Positions 1-9,518 are shown, counted from the stretch's first letter. The stretch: DNA of 64,000 bases from Patescibacteria group bacterium (GCA_040384705.1 JAZKIU010000001.1:153907-217906), one strand, 5' to 3'. Translations and numbers: made by a program. The notes: a model not told the origin generated them from the sequence alone.

Positions 1-493
1 TCTTCAGGCCGGCGTTATCCCGATAATCTTCGCGCTTTCGCTCCTCCTCCTTCCGCAGATGGCCCTTACCGCGCTTCAGGCGCTCGGCGTCACGGGGCTT
101 GCGACCGCGACCGCAGCATATGCCGCGTTCAGCGCGAACCCATGGAGCAATGGCTCGGTGTACTTCGTCCTCGTCGTTATGTTCACGTACTTCTACACCT
201 CGATCACCTTCGAGCCGAAGCGCGTTGCGGATAACCTGCAGAAGTCAGGAGCCTTCGTTCCTGGAGTCCGCCCTGGTCCCGAGACAGAACGCCACATCGG
301 TACCATCGTGAACCGCATCACGCTCCCAGGCGCTCTCTTCCTCGGACTCGTCGCCGTCATCCCGTTCATCGTGCAGGGCCTCACGGGCATCACCGCGGTG
401 CTTGTCGGCGGTACGGCGCTCCTCATCGCGGTTAACGTCGTCCTCGACCTCATCCGCAAAGTCGACGCACAGACGTCGCTCCGGGAATATTAG
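1..493 (+). CDS. secY: Preprotein translocase SecY, C-terminal part (runs off window start)
   Basis: AGVIPIIFA at window start; FTYFYT...ADNLQKSGAFVPGVRPG...GGTALLIAV motifs; upstream of adk/map. Confidence 0.97.
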   Translation, partial: LQAGVIPIIFALSLLLLPQMALTALQALGVTGLATATAAYAAFSANPWSNGSVYFVLVVMFTYFYTSITFEPKRVADNLQKSGAFVPGVRPGPETERHIGTIVNRITLPGALFLGLVAVIPFIVQGLTGITAVLVGGTALLIAVNVVLDLIRKVDAQTSLREY

Positions 494-542
494 AAGCGAA
501 GCGGCCGCAAGGCCGCTTCTTTCGTGATACCGTAATCCTCAA

Positions 543-1112
543 ATGAATTCAGGCACGTTCATAGTCCTTATCGGGGGAATGGGAAGCGGCAAGAGCATGC
601 TCATGAAGCATGCTATCGCTACGTATCCGGAGCTCGTCATCCCGTATTCCTATACGACGCGCCCACGGCGCCCTGACGCGGTCGAGAACGACCATTATCG
701 ATTCGTTACGGTCACTGAATTCGAGAAGATGATAGAGGAAGGAGCATTCCTCGAATGGGCACGTTTCGGCGACAACTTCTACGGCACGCTCAAAGCAGAG
801 GTCGAGGAGGAGCTCGCGGCAGGCAAGGTGCTGCTCAAGGAGATGGAAGTGCAGGGCGTGCGCCAGGTGCGCGATCTGCTGCCTGAGGATAAGTTCGTGA
901 CCGTGTACATCGACGCTGGACCTTGGAAAGGGCTCCGGGAGCGAGCCCTCAAGCGCGCACCCATGTCGGACGAGGAGCTCGCGAAGCGCAAGCAGCGATA
1001 CGATGATGAGCTCACCTTCAAGGTGGAAGCGGACGCGGTGGTGGTGAACGCCGAAGGGAAACAGGAGGAAGCGAAGGCAGCGTTCGCGTCCATCATCGAA
1101 GCTGCGCTCTAG
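543..1112 (+). CDS. gmk: Guanylate kinase
   Basis: P-loop GGMGSGKS; SYTTRPRR...DHYRFV; FLEWA..GDNFYGT. Confidence 0.92.
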   Translation: MNSGTFIVLIGGMGSGKSMLMKHAIATYPELVIPYSYTTRPRRPDAVENDHYRFVTVTEFEKMIEEGAFLEWARFGDNFYGTLKAEVEEELAAGKVLLKEMEVQGVRQVRDLLPEDKFVTVYIDAGPWKGLRERALKRAPMSDEELAKRKQRYDDELTFKVEADAVVVNAEGKQEEAKAAFASIIEAAL

Positions 1113-1134
1113 ATTTGATACACTCAAGGTCTCT

Positions 1135-1719
1135 ATGCCCCACACCACACCTGATATTGTGCTCATCATCGGCCGCCCCGGCTCCGGAAAGGGGACGCAG
1201 GCCAAGCTTCTCGCGAAGCGCCTCGGCTGGATACGTCTGTCATCCGGCGACCTCATCAAGGAGATACGCGACGGGAGCGAACCGTTCTCCGAGCGCGTAC
1301 GCGAGATGTACGACAAGGGGACGCTCCTCCCTGACTGGTTCGCTGACTATCTCCTCGAGAGCGGGCTTCTCGAGCTCGAGCCACACGTGGGAGTGATAGC
1401 GGAAGGGTTCGGTCGTACTGAAAGCCAAGCCAAGCATTTCAATGAGATAATCTCGTGGCTCGGCCGCAAGCTTCTAGTGCTCAACCTCGATGTGTCGGAG
1501 GACGAAGCGCGCCGCCGTATGCTCGAGCGCGCGAAGACGCAGGACAGGCCCGACAGCGATGGGGAGGAGAAGATAACGGAACGCTTCGCGAAGTTCAGGG
1601 AAGAGACCGAGCCAGGCCTCGCATTCTTCCGCGAGCTCGGGCTCGTTGCCGAAATAAATGGCGAGGAGTCGCCGGAGGAGGTGGCGAGCGCCATCGAGGC
1701 AGTACTTAAAAAGGCATGA
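1135..1719 (+). CDS. adk: Adenylate kinase / NMP kinase (short LID)
   Basis: GRPGSGKGTQA, LSSGDL, EGFGR..Q, R.D.D motifs; secY-adk-map synteny. Confidence 0.9.
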   Translation: MPHTTPDIVLIIGRPGSGKGTQAKLLAKRLGWIRLSSGDLIKEIRDGSEPFSERVREMYDKGTLLPDWFADYLLESGLLELEPHVGVIAEGFGRTESQAKHFNEIISWLGRKLLVLNLDVSEDEARRRMLERAKTQDRPDSDGEEKITERFAKFREETEPGLAFFRELGLVAEINGEESPEEVASAIEAVLKKA

Positions 1720-2495
1720 TAGTACGCAACCAGGAAGAGCGGGAATCGCTTATAGAGGCAGGGAAGCGTCTCGGGGAGGTGCTTGAAGCGGTCGCGGCAA
1801 TAGTTGCGCCGGGAATCTCCACACTCGAGCTTGATACGCTCGCGGAGAAGATGATTCGCGAGCGCGGGGACGAACCTGCGTTCAAGGGGTATACGCCAGA
1901 AGGCGCACGAAGGAAGTATCCAGCGACCCTGTGCGTATCGGTGAACGACGAAGTCGTGCATGGTATCCCGAACGAGGGGGATAGGATGCTGAAGGAAGGA
2001 GATATCGTCGCGCTCGATCTCGGCCTCATACATAAAGGCTTCGTCGTGGATTCGGCGCTCACGGTACCGGTAGGGAAGGTATCGAAGGAAGCGTACGACC
2101 TCATGAACGCAACGCAGCAGGCGCTCGAAGAAGCTATCGCGGTCGCGCGTCCCGGCAACCGCATCGGTGACATATCGCACGCCACGGGCGCATCCTTCAT
2201 GGGTAGCGGCTTCTCCGTCGTGAAGATGCTCGGTGGGCATGGGGTGGGTTCCTCGGTGCACGAGGAACCGTTCATCGCGAACGATGGGCATGCGGGGACA
2301 GGTCCCGAGATAGTGAAGGGCATGGTGCTTGCGCTCGAGCCAATCGCAAACGCGGGCAAGGCCGCGGTGCAGCTCGCGAACGATGGCTATACCTATCGCA
2401 CCAAGGACGGATCCATTTCTGCGCACTTCGAGCACACCATTCTGGTGGAGGAAGGAGAGACGTTGGTGGTCACCAGGCGCCCGAGCGAGCGGTAA
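1716..2495 (+). CDS. map: Type I methionine aminopeptidase
   Basis: CVSVNDEVVHGIP, DLG, DSA, GHGVG..VHEEP, EP, SAHFEHT. Confidence 0.97.
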   Translation: MIVRNQEERESLIEAGKRLGEVLEAVAAIVAPGISTLELDTLAEKMIRERGDEPAFKGYTPEGARRKYPATLCVSVNDEVVHGIPNEGDRMLKEGDIVALDLGLIHKGFVVDSALTVPVGKVSKEAYDLMNATQQALEEAIAVARPGNRIGDISHATGASFMGSGFSVVKMLGGHGVGSSVHEEPFIANDGHAGTGPEIVKGMVLALEPIANAGKAAVQLANDGYTYRTKDGSISAHFEHTILVEEGETLVVTRRPSER

Positions 2496-2500
2496 AGGTA

Positions 2501-2528
2501 AATGGGCCGCCTCGAGAGGCGGCCCATT
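2501..2528. terminator. Bidirectional hairpin between convergent genes
   Basis: AATGGGCCGCCT-cgag-AGGCGGCCCATT, perfect 12-bp stem. Confidence 0.75.
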
Positions 2529-2536
2529 CATGGTCT

Positions 2537-2902
2537 TCAGACCCACGCGGCTTCGGCGACGATCACGGGCGAGCAGTCGATCTCGGTCTTCCGGATCGAC
2601 CACCCTTTTCGGCTGCGCAGGATATCCCGCATCGAGCTCGGGTAGCGGGCTTCCGATCGAAAACGCACAAGCTCATCGACGATTTGCGATGGCGTCTCGA
2701 GGGTCGGGTCCCGGACCATATCCCTGCCCGTTTCCTCGATGAAGAACACTCGGCACGACTGCGGACCATGTCGAGCAATCGTGTACCCGCAGAACCGTGT
2801 TTCGGATCCTATGGCCGTAGCGATAGCGTCGATGAGATCGGTGGGACGGTCCGAGATGACAATCGGGTCGACGCCGGCGAGATCCAGATCGTGATAGTCC
2901 AT
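2537..2902 (-). CDS. Hypothetical protein (ORFan cassette)
   Basis: 121-aa ORF preceded by AAAGGAG Shine-Dalgarno and TTGACC...TATAAT promoter-like sequence on the minus strand. Confidence 0.7.
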   Translation of the reverse strand: MDYHDLDLAGVDPIVISDRPTDLIDAIATAIGSETRFCGYTIARHGPQSCRVFFIEETGRDMVRDPTLETPSQIVDELVRFRSEARYPSSMRDILRSRKGWSIRKTEIDCSPVIVAEAAWV

Positions 2903-3070
2903 CGTTGGAGACTCCTTTGGCTCGCTCGAAAGAGCGAATGAATACTTATTTGATTATACATCGTATCTAAAAGGTGGTCAACTCATAGATATAACCGTGC
3001 GTTGAGTGAATGTGTGCGATATACTCCCTCCATACAAGCGCCGTAGGCGATTTTTTCTTAATAAAACCTT

Positions 3071-3679
3071 ATGCCAATCCCGCACCCAAAGCTCGAGCGC
3101 AGCTTCGTCATCATCAAGCCCGATGGCATTCAGCGCTCCCTCATCGGGGAGATAATAAAACGCTTCGAACGCACTGGTCTCAAGCTCATCGGCCTCAAAC
3201 TAGTCGTTCCTGACAGCGGCCGTATCTGGAAGCACTACAACAAGGACGATGCATGGTTCATCAAAAAGGGTGCCAAGATCGCCGAGGATCGCGCTGCGGC
3301 CGGGCTGTCTTCGGAGAAAGAGCACATCGAGTACGGCAAGGACATCATCCGTGCGCTCGAGAAGTACATGACCTCAGGCCCCGTCGTCATGATGGCGTGG
3401 GAAGGCAATCAGGCGGTAGGGGTCATCACGAAGCTTGTTGGGGGCACCGAACCTGCGACTTCCGACGTGGGTACCATCCGCGGCGACTTCACTATCGACT
3501 CCTACGCCATCTCGGCAGTCGACGATCGTGCGGTCCGTAACCTCATACACTGCTCGGATACGCCTGAGAACGCGGAAAGCGAGATCGCTCTGTGGTTCAC
3601 TCCAGAAGAGCTCGTCACGTATCGCCTCGTGGGGGACCAGATTCTCTACGACGTGAACCTCGACGGCATAATGGAGTAG
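3071..3679 (+). CDS. ndk: Nucleoside-diphosphate kinase
   Basis: ERSFVIIKPDGIQR, YMTSGPVV, GTIRGDF, RNLIHCSD active-site His. Confidence 0.96.
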   Translation: MPIPHPKLERSFVIIKPDGIQRSLIGEIIKRFERTGLKLIGLKLVVPDSGRIWKHYNKDDAWFIKKGAKIAEDRAAAGLSSEKEHIEYGKDIIRALEKYMTSGPVVMMAWEGNQAVGVITKLVGGTEPATSDVGTIRGDFTIDSYAISAVDDRAVRNLIHCSDTPENAESEIALWFTPEELVTYRLVGDQILYDVNLDGIME

Positions 3680-3781
3680 TTTTTCAGCGCAGGAGAGCAA
3701 CAACGACCCACTTATCAGGGTCGTTGTTTCGTATAGGTATGCATGCTACGGTAGGCAGGTTGTAAATCTGGAGGAATAACA

Positions 3782-3982
3782 ATGTCCTTTGCGCTCGCGC
3801 TCAACAATGAACCCCGTTTCCTGTGCTGGATAGCGCATACCGGCATCGGATTCAATCTTGCGGGAGAAATGAAGTTCGAATCTCTCGAGGAAATTGAGGT
3901 TTTCAGGAAGAAATGGAAGAATCATTTCTTTGATCTCGGGCGGCTCACGCCTTTTGAGTTAAAGAAAAAAGCCGGCATGTGA
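3782..3982 (+). CDS. Small hypothetical protein
   Basis: 66-aa ORF with GGAGG SD, flanked by hairpins on both sides. Confidence 0.55.
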   Translation: MSFALALNNEPRFLCWIAHTGIGFNLAGEMKFESLEEIEVFRKKWKNHFFDLGRLTPFELKKKAGM

Positions 3983-4032
3983 TCCATGCCGGCTTCACCG
4001 CACCTGTCCCCAAAAGTGTGTATACTATCCCC

Positions 4033-4171
4033 GGAGCCGTTCCCGAAAATGCAACTTGCTTCAAATTCGGGAGTCTTATATCCACGCGTGCTCGATTAGC
4101 ATTTCATGCTTCAGTAGTCGCGATGCGGACACCCACGTGGCATACGAAAGTTGCCACCCGGGAACGGCTCC
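4033..4171 (+). ncRNA. Candidate structured ncRNA, 6S (ssrS)-like
   Basis: TATACT at 4021-4026; 13-bp perfect closing stem GGAGCCGTTCCCG/CGGGAACGGCTCC; internal stems; terminator immediately after. Confidence 0.65.
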
Positions 4172-4206
4172 ATCAGAAAAACCGCTTCAGTGCGGTTTTT
4201 CTGATG
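4171..4206. terminator. Intrinsic terminator after candidate ncRNA
   Basis: CATCAGAAAAACCGC-ttcagt-GCGGTTTTTCTGATG. Confidence 0.8.
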
Positions 4207-4222
4207 ATAGAATGCACTCACG

Positions 4223-5614
4223 ATGCCGCTTCGCTTAACATTTCATGGAGGTGCAGGAACCGTCACAGGTTCTAATTTCTTGGTAGAGAGCCCGAAAGGG
4301 AAAGTACTCGTCGACTGCGGTATAGAGCAGGGGAGGGACTTCAGCGAGAAGCGGATGTACGAGCCGTTCCCGTACGATGTGTCGTCCATCGATGCGCTCG
4401 TCATCACGCATGCGCACCTCGATCACATCGGTAGGGCACCTAAATTGATGCGCGAAGGGTTCCGCGGCGACGTATACATGACGCTTGCGACACGCGATCT
4501 CACCGAGCTCATGCTCCGTGACAGCGTCGGGCTTCTGACTCGAGAGGCCGAGAGTCGCGGCTTGCAGCCGTTGTATAGGGAAGAGGATGTCGCGGCTTTC
4601 ATGGCGTGCGTGGAAGTGCTTCCGTACCGGATGGAGCGCGAGATAGCGCCCGGCATATCGGTCATGCTCCGGGACTCGGGTCATATCCTCGGGTCAGCAA
4701 GCGTACGGCTCATGGCGGACGACGGCACCACGCTCGCTATCACCGGCGACCTCGGGAATTCTCCCTCGCCGTACCTTCCGGACGCCGAGGGAATACCGGA
4801 TGCTAATGCACTTGTTATGGAAAGCGTGTATGGGGACCGGACGCATCCGCATCTGGCGGAGCGCGTACCGCAGCTGCGCGATACGCTCAATCGCGCCATT
4901 AAGCGCCGGGGAGCGATACTCATGCCCGCGTTCTCCATCGAGCGCACACAGCTCATGTTGTACGAGCTCTCGAACCTCATGGAGGCGGGGGAGGTGCCGC
5001 AGATACCGGTATTCCTAGACTCACCTCTCGCGATAGGGGTGACGGAAGTGTACGAGAAGCATGCGAAGGAGTATTTCAATACTGCAGCGAAGGAGGAATT
5101 GAAGCATGAGCAGAGCCTCTTCCGGTTCCCATTCCTCACCATGACCCGCTCGCGCGATGAGTCGAGGAACATCGATGCGGTGCAGGGCCCGAAGCTCATC
5201 ATCGCGGGAGCTGGAATGAGCCATGGGGGCCGTATCGGCAGGCATGAGGGGAAATACCTACCCGACCCATCCACGACGCTTCTCATCGTCGGATACCAGG
5301 CTCCTGGAAGCCCTGGAAGGCTGCTCCAGGATGGTTCAAAGTCGGTGCGCATCGACGGGAGGCCCGTCAGGGTGCGCGCGAAGGTGGAGACGCTCTCAGC
5401 ATGGTCGGCACACGCGGACCGCGATGGGCTGCTTGAGTTCGCGAAGAAGTCGCTGCCTCGTGCACATTCTATTTTCGTGGCAATTGGCGAGCCGTCCTCC
5501 GCACGCTTCCTCGCGCAGCGGGTCCATGATTATCTGGGTGCGAATGCCATCGTTCCCTCTATGGGCGACTCGTGGCTCATTGAGAAGGGAAGGAGTCATA
5601 AAGAGAAGGCCTAG
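4223..5614 (+). CDS. MBL-fold beta-CASP ribonuclease
   Basis: GGAGTVTGS, DCG, THAHLDHIG, GHILGS, ESVYGDR, SAHAD motifs. Confidence 0.93.
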   Translation: MPLRLTFHGGAGTVTGSNFLVESPKGKVLVDCGIEQGRDFSEKRMYEPFPYDVSSIDALVITHAHLDHIGRAPKLMREGFRGDVYMTLATRDLTELMLRDSVGLLTREAESRGLQPLYREEDVAAFMACVEVLPYRMEREIAPGISVMLRDSGHILGSASVRLMADDGTTLAITGDLGNSPSPYLPDAEGIPDANALVMESVYGDRTHPHLAERVPQLRDTLNRAIKRRGAILMPAFSIERTQLMLYELSNLMEAGEVPQIPVFLDSPLAIGVTEVYEKHAKEYFNTAAKEELKHEQSLFRFPFLTMTRSRDESRNIDAVQGPKLIIAGAGMSHGGRIGRHEGKYLPDPSTTLLIVGYQAPGSPGRLLQDGSKSVRIDGRPVRVRAKVETLSAWSAHADRDGLLEFAKKSLPRAHSIFVAIGEPSSARFLAQRVHDYLGANAIVPSMGDSWLIEKGRSHKEKA

Positions 5615-5671
5615 TTCGGAGGATAGAGAAACAGCCCCAAGTGCGGGGCTGTTTCTCTTCTTGAGAGGAGG

Positions 5672-6019
5672 TTAAGAAATCTTCTTAACAATCCTTGCGA
5701 ACGTCTCTGGCTGCGTCGCTGCGAGTTCCGAGAGGACCTTGCGGTCGAGCTCGATACCGGCCTTGGCCTTGGCTGCGATGAACGTGCTGTAGCTCTTGAA
5801 GCCCATATCACGGAGCACGGCGTTGAGGCGGACTATCCAAAGCTGGCGGTAGTCGGTCTTCTTGTCGCGGCGGTGGTTGAAGGCGTTCTTACCCGCGTGC
5901 ACGAGTGACTCCTTCGCGAGGCGGACCTTCGTGGAGCGGCCATGGCGATATCCCTTGGCGCGAACCAGTATGTTGCGTCGGCGCTTCGCTGATGTGACTC
6001 CTCCTTTTACTCGTGCCAT
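5672..6019 (-). CDS. rplT: 50S ribosomal protein L20
   Basis: MARVKGG...AKGY...RQLWIVRLNA...LDRKVLSELA. Confidence 0.97.
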   Translation of the reverse strand: MARVKGGVTSAKRRRNILVRAKGYRHGRSTKVRLAKESLVHAGKNAFNHRRDKKTDYRQLWIVRLNAVLRDMGFKSYSTFIAAKAKAGIELDRKVLSELAATQPETFARIVKKIS

Positions 6020-6042
6020 AGAATGCTATTTAAAATGTAAGA

Positions 6043-6252
6043 CTAGGAAGCTTTCGGCTTCTTTCCCGCGTTACCGCCGAGGAAGCGGCGACGCACATCA
6101 TTGGTGACCGTAAGCTGCTGGACACGGCCCTTCTCGCCCTTGGTGCGTCCGCGCTCCTTGGCGTTGAAATGGTCCTGCCCGGCCTTACGCACAAGCAATT
6201 TCCCGGTGCGGGTCACCCTGATGCGCTTCGTAAATGACTTATTGGTTTTCAT
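6043..6252 (-). CDS. rpmI: 50S ribosomal protein L35
   Basis: MKTNKSFTKRIRVTRTGK; infC-rpmI-rplT operon. Confidence 0.95.
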   Translation of the reverse strand: MKTNKSFTKRIRVTRTGKLLVRKAGQDHFNAKERGRTKGEKGRVQQLTVTNDVRRRFLGGNAGKKPKAS

Positions 6253-6820
6253 GCGGGGGTTTGGTTTCTTCGGTTTCCGGCTTCTTCGCAGTCGGCGCGG
6301 GCTTCGTGTTGTCTCTCTCGATTATGGCGGCGAATCCTTTTGGCGCCCTCGTGACCGGTTCAGCTATCTTGTACGAGTGCGGAATGAGGAGCATGAACTT
6401 CTCGAGCCGGGTCTTGAGGAAGGCTTCGTCCATCCCCTTGTACCGGCCCTTGAGGAAGAGTTCCATGCGGACCCGATGGCCCTCTTCGAGCCACTCGGCG
6501 GCCTTTTTGGCCTTCAACCGCATGTCGTTCTCTCCAGTACCCACCTTTATCTGCACTTCCTTGGTCTCCGAGACCTTGGCTTTGGAGCGGGCGGCACTTT
6601 CCCTCTTCTTCAGCTCGTACTGAAACTTACCATAATCCATCACTTTCGCAACCGGCGGGACGGCGTTCGGCGATATCTCGATGAGGTCCAAACCGGCCGT
6701 TTCAGCGGCTTTGAGCGCCTCTTCAAGCGAAATGACGCCGAGGTTTCCCCCGTCGGCGCCTATGACCCGTAGCTCCCGTGCGCGGATCTCGCGATTGATT
6801 CTTACTCGTTCGGTACTCAA
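6239..6820 (-). CDS. infC: Translation initiation factor IF-3 (non-AUG start, TTG or upstream in-frame ATT at 6832)
   Basis: RINREIRARELRVI, LDLIEISPNAVPPVAKVMDYGKFQYE. Confidence 0.97.
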   Translation of the reverse strand: MSTERVRINREIRARELRVIGADGGNLGVISLEEALKAAETAGLDLIEISPNAVPPVAKVMDYGKFQYELKKRESAARSKAKVSETKEVQIKVGTGENDMRLKAKKAAEWLEEGHRVRMELFLKGRYKGMDEAFLKTRLEKFMLLIPHSYKIAEPVTRAPKGFAAIIERDNTKPAPTAKKPETEETKPPHENQ

Positions 6821-6859
6821 AGCAGTAGTAATGAGGATAATAGCACGGAAATACGGCTT

Positions 6860-7429
6860 TTACAACGCTTTTGCTGGTCTTTTCCCGCTCGTAAATGGAG
6901 AATCCCGGACATAGAAACGCCACGGAAGCTCGAGCCCAGCCTTGATGCCAATGCGCGGCCCGCTCACGATATCCTCCTTCGGGACTGCCGGAGCATCGTA
7001 TATGACGAAATCGCCCTCTACTGGGAGTCCATTCTCAGCTTTAGTGATGCCGAACGCCTGGGCGAACTTAGCGGGGCCCGAGCACAGGTTATGGATATCC
7101 TTCGTCCTGCGCCTCTTTTCCATGAGTTTCATGCCTTCAAGCGGCTCGACCGCACGAATAAGCACGGCGCCTACCGAATCCTTGTTCGTCGTCACGTTCG
7201 CGCAGTAGTGCATGCCATAGGTGAAGTACACGTACCAGTGGCCATAGGTATCCTGCATGATGCGGCTCCTCGGCGTGATGACCCTGCCATGGGACGCGGG
7301 ATCGGTGGTATACGCCTCCGTCTCGACGATGCGGCCAACGCACTCCCCGTATCGAACTATCTTCCCCAGGAGCCTCGGGGCCAGCGTTACCGCATCGTCC
7401 GCGAACCATTCCAGGGAGAGGGGAGTCAT
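6860..7429 (-). CDS. DNA-3-methyladenine glycosylase (MPG/AAG family)
   Basis: GRIVETEAY, YVYFTYGMHYCANV, AVLIRAVEP, GPRIGI, PWRF. Confidence 0.95.
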   Translation of the reverse strand: MTPLSLEWFADDAVTLAPRLLGKIVRYGECVGRIVETEAYTTDPASHGRVITPRSRIMQDTYGHWYVYFTYGMHYCANVTTNKDSVGAVLIRAVEPLEGMKLMEKRRRTKDIHNLCSGPAKFAQAFGITKAENGLPVEGDFVIYDAPAVPKEDIVSGPRIGIKAGLELPWRFYVRDSPFTSGKRPAKAL

Positions 7430-7506
7430 GGCACCACTATACGAATTCAGGGATATAAACGGAACACCGCGCAGCGTTGGCTGCGCGGTGTTCCTGCATC
7501 CCGTCG

Positions 7507-7803
7507 TTACGGCGTGACTTCTACGGTCGTGGTCGCTTCTGCCTGCTTGTCCTTCTCGAGCTTCTTGTCGAAGCGGCCGAGGAGGCGGGCGAGGTCATCA
7601 AGCGCGTCCTTACAAGCAGGAGACTGCAGATCGTCCGCGCTCTTGCAGGCCTCAGCTACCTTGTTCCTTTGTTCGGCAAGGTCTTCAGCGCCGAGCGTAA
7701 AGGTGCCGCTCGCGCGTCCCCACATGACGGTCATGATGATAAGAAGAACGGCGAGGATACCGGCGACGGTCCACGCGGTTCGGAGTTTTTTGTCCATGTT
7801 CAT
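7507..7803 (-). CDS. Hypothetical single-TM protein
   Basis: 98 aa, N-terminal hydrophobic helix, helical C-terminus with two Cys. Confidence 0.7.
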   Translation of the reverse strand: MNMDKKLRTAWTVAGILAVLLIIMTVMWGRASGTFTLGAEDLAEQRNKVAEACKSADDLQSPACKDALDDLARLLGRFDKKLEKDKQAEATTTVEVTP

Positions 7804-7999
7804 TAGTTACGATTATAGGAAAGCCCTATCTTGGAGTATAGACGTATTTGAGCTATTTCCATGACAGGGTGTGCACTACCAATACAGGAAAGGGGTATTA
7901 AGAAACCATGAAGAACACAACTATCTATGTTTAATGTGTTACTCATCGTCCTTTGCATAGGGTAATGGGATACCAGCTATGTAATTTCATATCTTCTAT

Positions 8000-8209
8000 A
8001 TGGCAACGATAGTAAACAATCCAGGTAACAGCGATAGCGGTGCAGCAGGACTCGTAATCGCGCTCATCGTTATCGTCGCCGTCGCGCTCATCGCCTTCTT
8101 CGTCTGGCCGGGCTTCGGCAATAGCGGCGGAGGCGGCGGGGACACTAACGTCAACGTAGAGGTTCCGGCGCTTGATTCAGGTGGTGCGGGTGCAGGGGCG
8201 GCTCAATAG
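8000..8209 (+). CDS. Small single-TM protein
   Basis: 69 aa, TM helix then Gly-rich tail; paralog of the next gene. Confidence 0.75.
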   Translation: MATIVNNPGNSDSGAAGLVIALIVIVAVALIAFFVWPGFGNSGGGGGDTNVNVEVPALDSGGAGAGAAQ

Positions 8210-8319
8210 ACTAGAACATAGAGAATGGCTCCCCTAAGGGGAGCCATTCTCTTAACCTTCCGCTCATCAATAGAGGGATACCATACGACGGTTGATCAAT
8301 AATAATTCCAGATACGGAT

Positions 8320-8583
8320 ATGGCAGACATCATCAATTCACCGAACGATAGGGGTAGTAACTCTACGGGCTGGATACTCGGCATCATCGTAATCGTGCTT
8401 CTCGTGCTCTTCCTCATCTTCCTGTTCCCGAACCTCACGAATAGGACGGTGACGGAGACCACGCCGGAACCGGAGACCACAGGCGACACCACGAACAACA
8501 CCATCCTTCCGCCGCCTGTCGTGAACAACACGACCATCAATGCGACGACGACGGTGAACAACTCGACAAGCACGAGACCATAG
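8320..8583 (+). CDS. Small single-TM protein with Thr/Asn-rich tail
   Basis: 87 aa; N-terminus similar to 8000..8209. Confidence 0.75.
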   Translation: MADIINSPNDRGSNSTGWILGIIVIVLLVLFLIFLFPNLTNRTVTETTPEPETTGDTTNNTILPPPVVNNTTINATTTVNNSTSTRP

Positions 8584-8627
8584 AAGCCGTTCGAGCTTCA
8601 ACGAAAGCCCCCATTCGGGGGCTTTCG

Positions 8628-9446
8628 TTATGCTTCGTCCCTCTGCATCGCTTCGTACGCGAGCATGACCCGTTTCCTCGGCACACCCCAGCGGTAGCCA
8701 CTTATCTCCCCGGTCGACTTGAGCACACGATGGCAGGGGATGATGTATCCCACCGGGTTGTCGCCTATGGCGGTACCCACTGCACGAGACATGTTGGGAT
8801 GCCCCAGCTGCTTCGCTATCTCTCCATATGTGCTGATGTTTCCTTCGGGGATGGATAGGAGCGCTTCCCACACCTTTACCTGGAAATTAGTTCCCGCAAG
8901 ATGCAGCTTTATCTTCGATTCAGGCGCGATGTTCGCGAAGTAGTTCCTCACTTGCTCGTGCGACGGCTGCGCTTCCTCGATAAGGGTTGCCTTCGGCCAT
9001 CGCGCGCGAAGGTCACGCACTCCATCTTCTTCGAAGAAGAGGATATTGCAGACACCTCTATCAGTTGATGCGACGAGGCACGACCCGAACCTCGTCTCGA
9101 ATGTGGAATACCGAATGGTGAGGTTCTCTCCCTGGTTCTGGTACTCGCCCGGCGTCATCGCTTCTATGTCGACGAAGAGGTCGTGGAGACGGCTACCGCT
9201 CGAGAGACCGGAGTGGATGGTCGCCTGCATGCTGTTCTGATTCTGTCGCAGGAGTTCCTTCGCGTATTCCAGGCTCAAGTACCTGCCGAACTGCTTCGGG
9301 CTGATGCCGACCCATTTCGTGAATAGCTTCTGCAAGTGGCCAGGGCTCATCTGCATGGACTCCGCTATCTCATCGAGGGAGCGGGAAGAAAGCTTGTTAT
9401 CGACGATATGCTCGACGACGTTCTTTATGGAAGTGTAGTGGTCCAT
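8628..9446 (-). CDS. Ada-type AraC-HTH / methylated-DNA-protein-cysteine methyltransferase
   Basis: SPGHLQKLFTKWVGISPKQF, SRLHDLFV, GTNFQVKVW, IPCHRV active site; no N-terminal Zn domain. Confidence 0.93.
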   Translation of the reverse strand: MDHYTSIKNVVEHIVDNKLSSRSLDEIAESMQMSPGHLQKLFTKWVGISPKQFGRYLSLEYAKELLRQNQNSMQATIHSGLSSGSRLHDLFVDIEAMTPGEYQNQGENLTIRYSTFETRFGSCLVASTDRGVCNILFFEEDGVRDLRARWPKATLIEEAQPSHEQVRNYFANIAPESKIKLHLAGTNFQVKVWEALLSIPEGNISTYGEIAKQLGHPNMSRAVGTAIGDNPVGYIIPCHRVLKSTGEISGYRWGVPRKRVMLAYEAMQRDEA

Positions 9447-9518
9447 AGAGACAGGGTATAGGTCGGGGCGTCAGACCTCAACCCGAAAATGGTCGAGGAA
9501 TTCTGCTGCACATATGAC

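Noticed and set aside
1347-2603. Long antisense ORFs (here and opposite ftsH, pilB, pilT, pilC, gatA, malic enzyme)
   Set aside because: Shadow ORFs expected from GC-rich codon bias opposite well-identified genes; they carry no motifs.
3979-4275. 98-aa and 60-aa ORFs over the candidate ncRNA
   Set aside because: No protein-like features, and they span a promoter and a terminator; RNA structure explains the region better.
8603-8627. AGCCCCATTCGGGGCT hairpin recurring at about 8604 and 34372 as a REP/MITE family
   Set aside because: Only two near-identical short copies (plus a looser one at 5631), all at gene ends; adequately explained as terminators.
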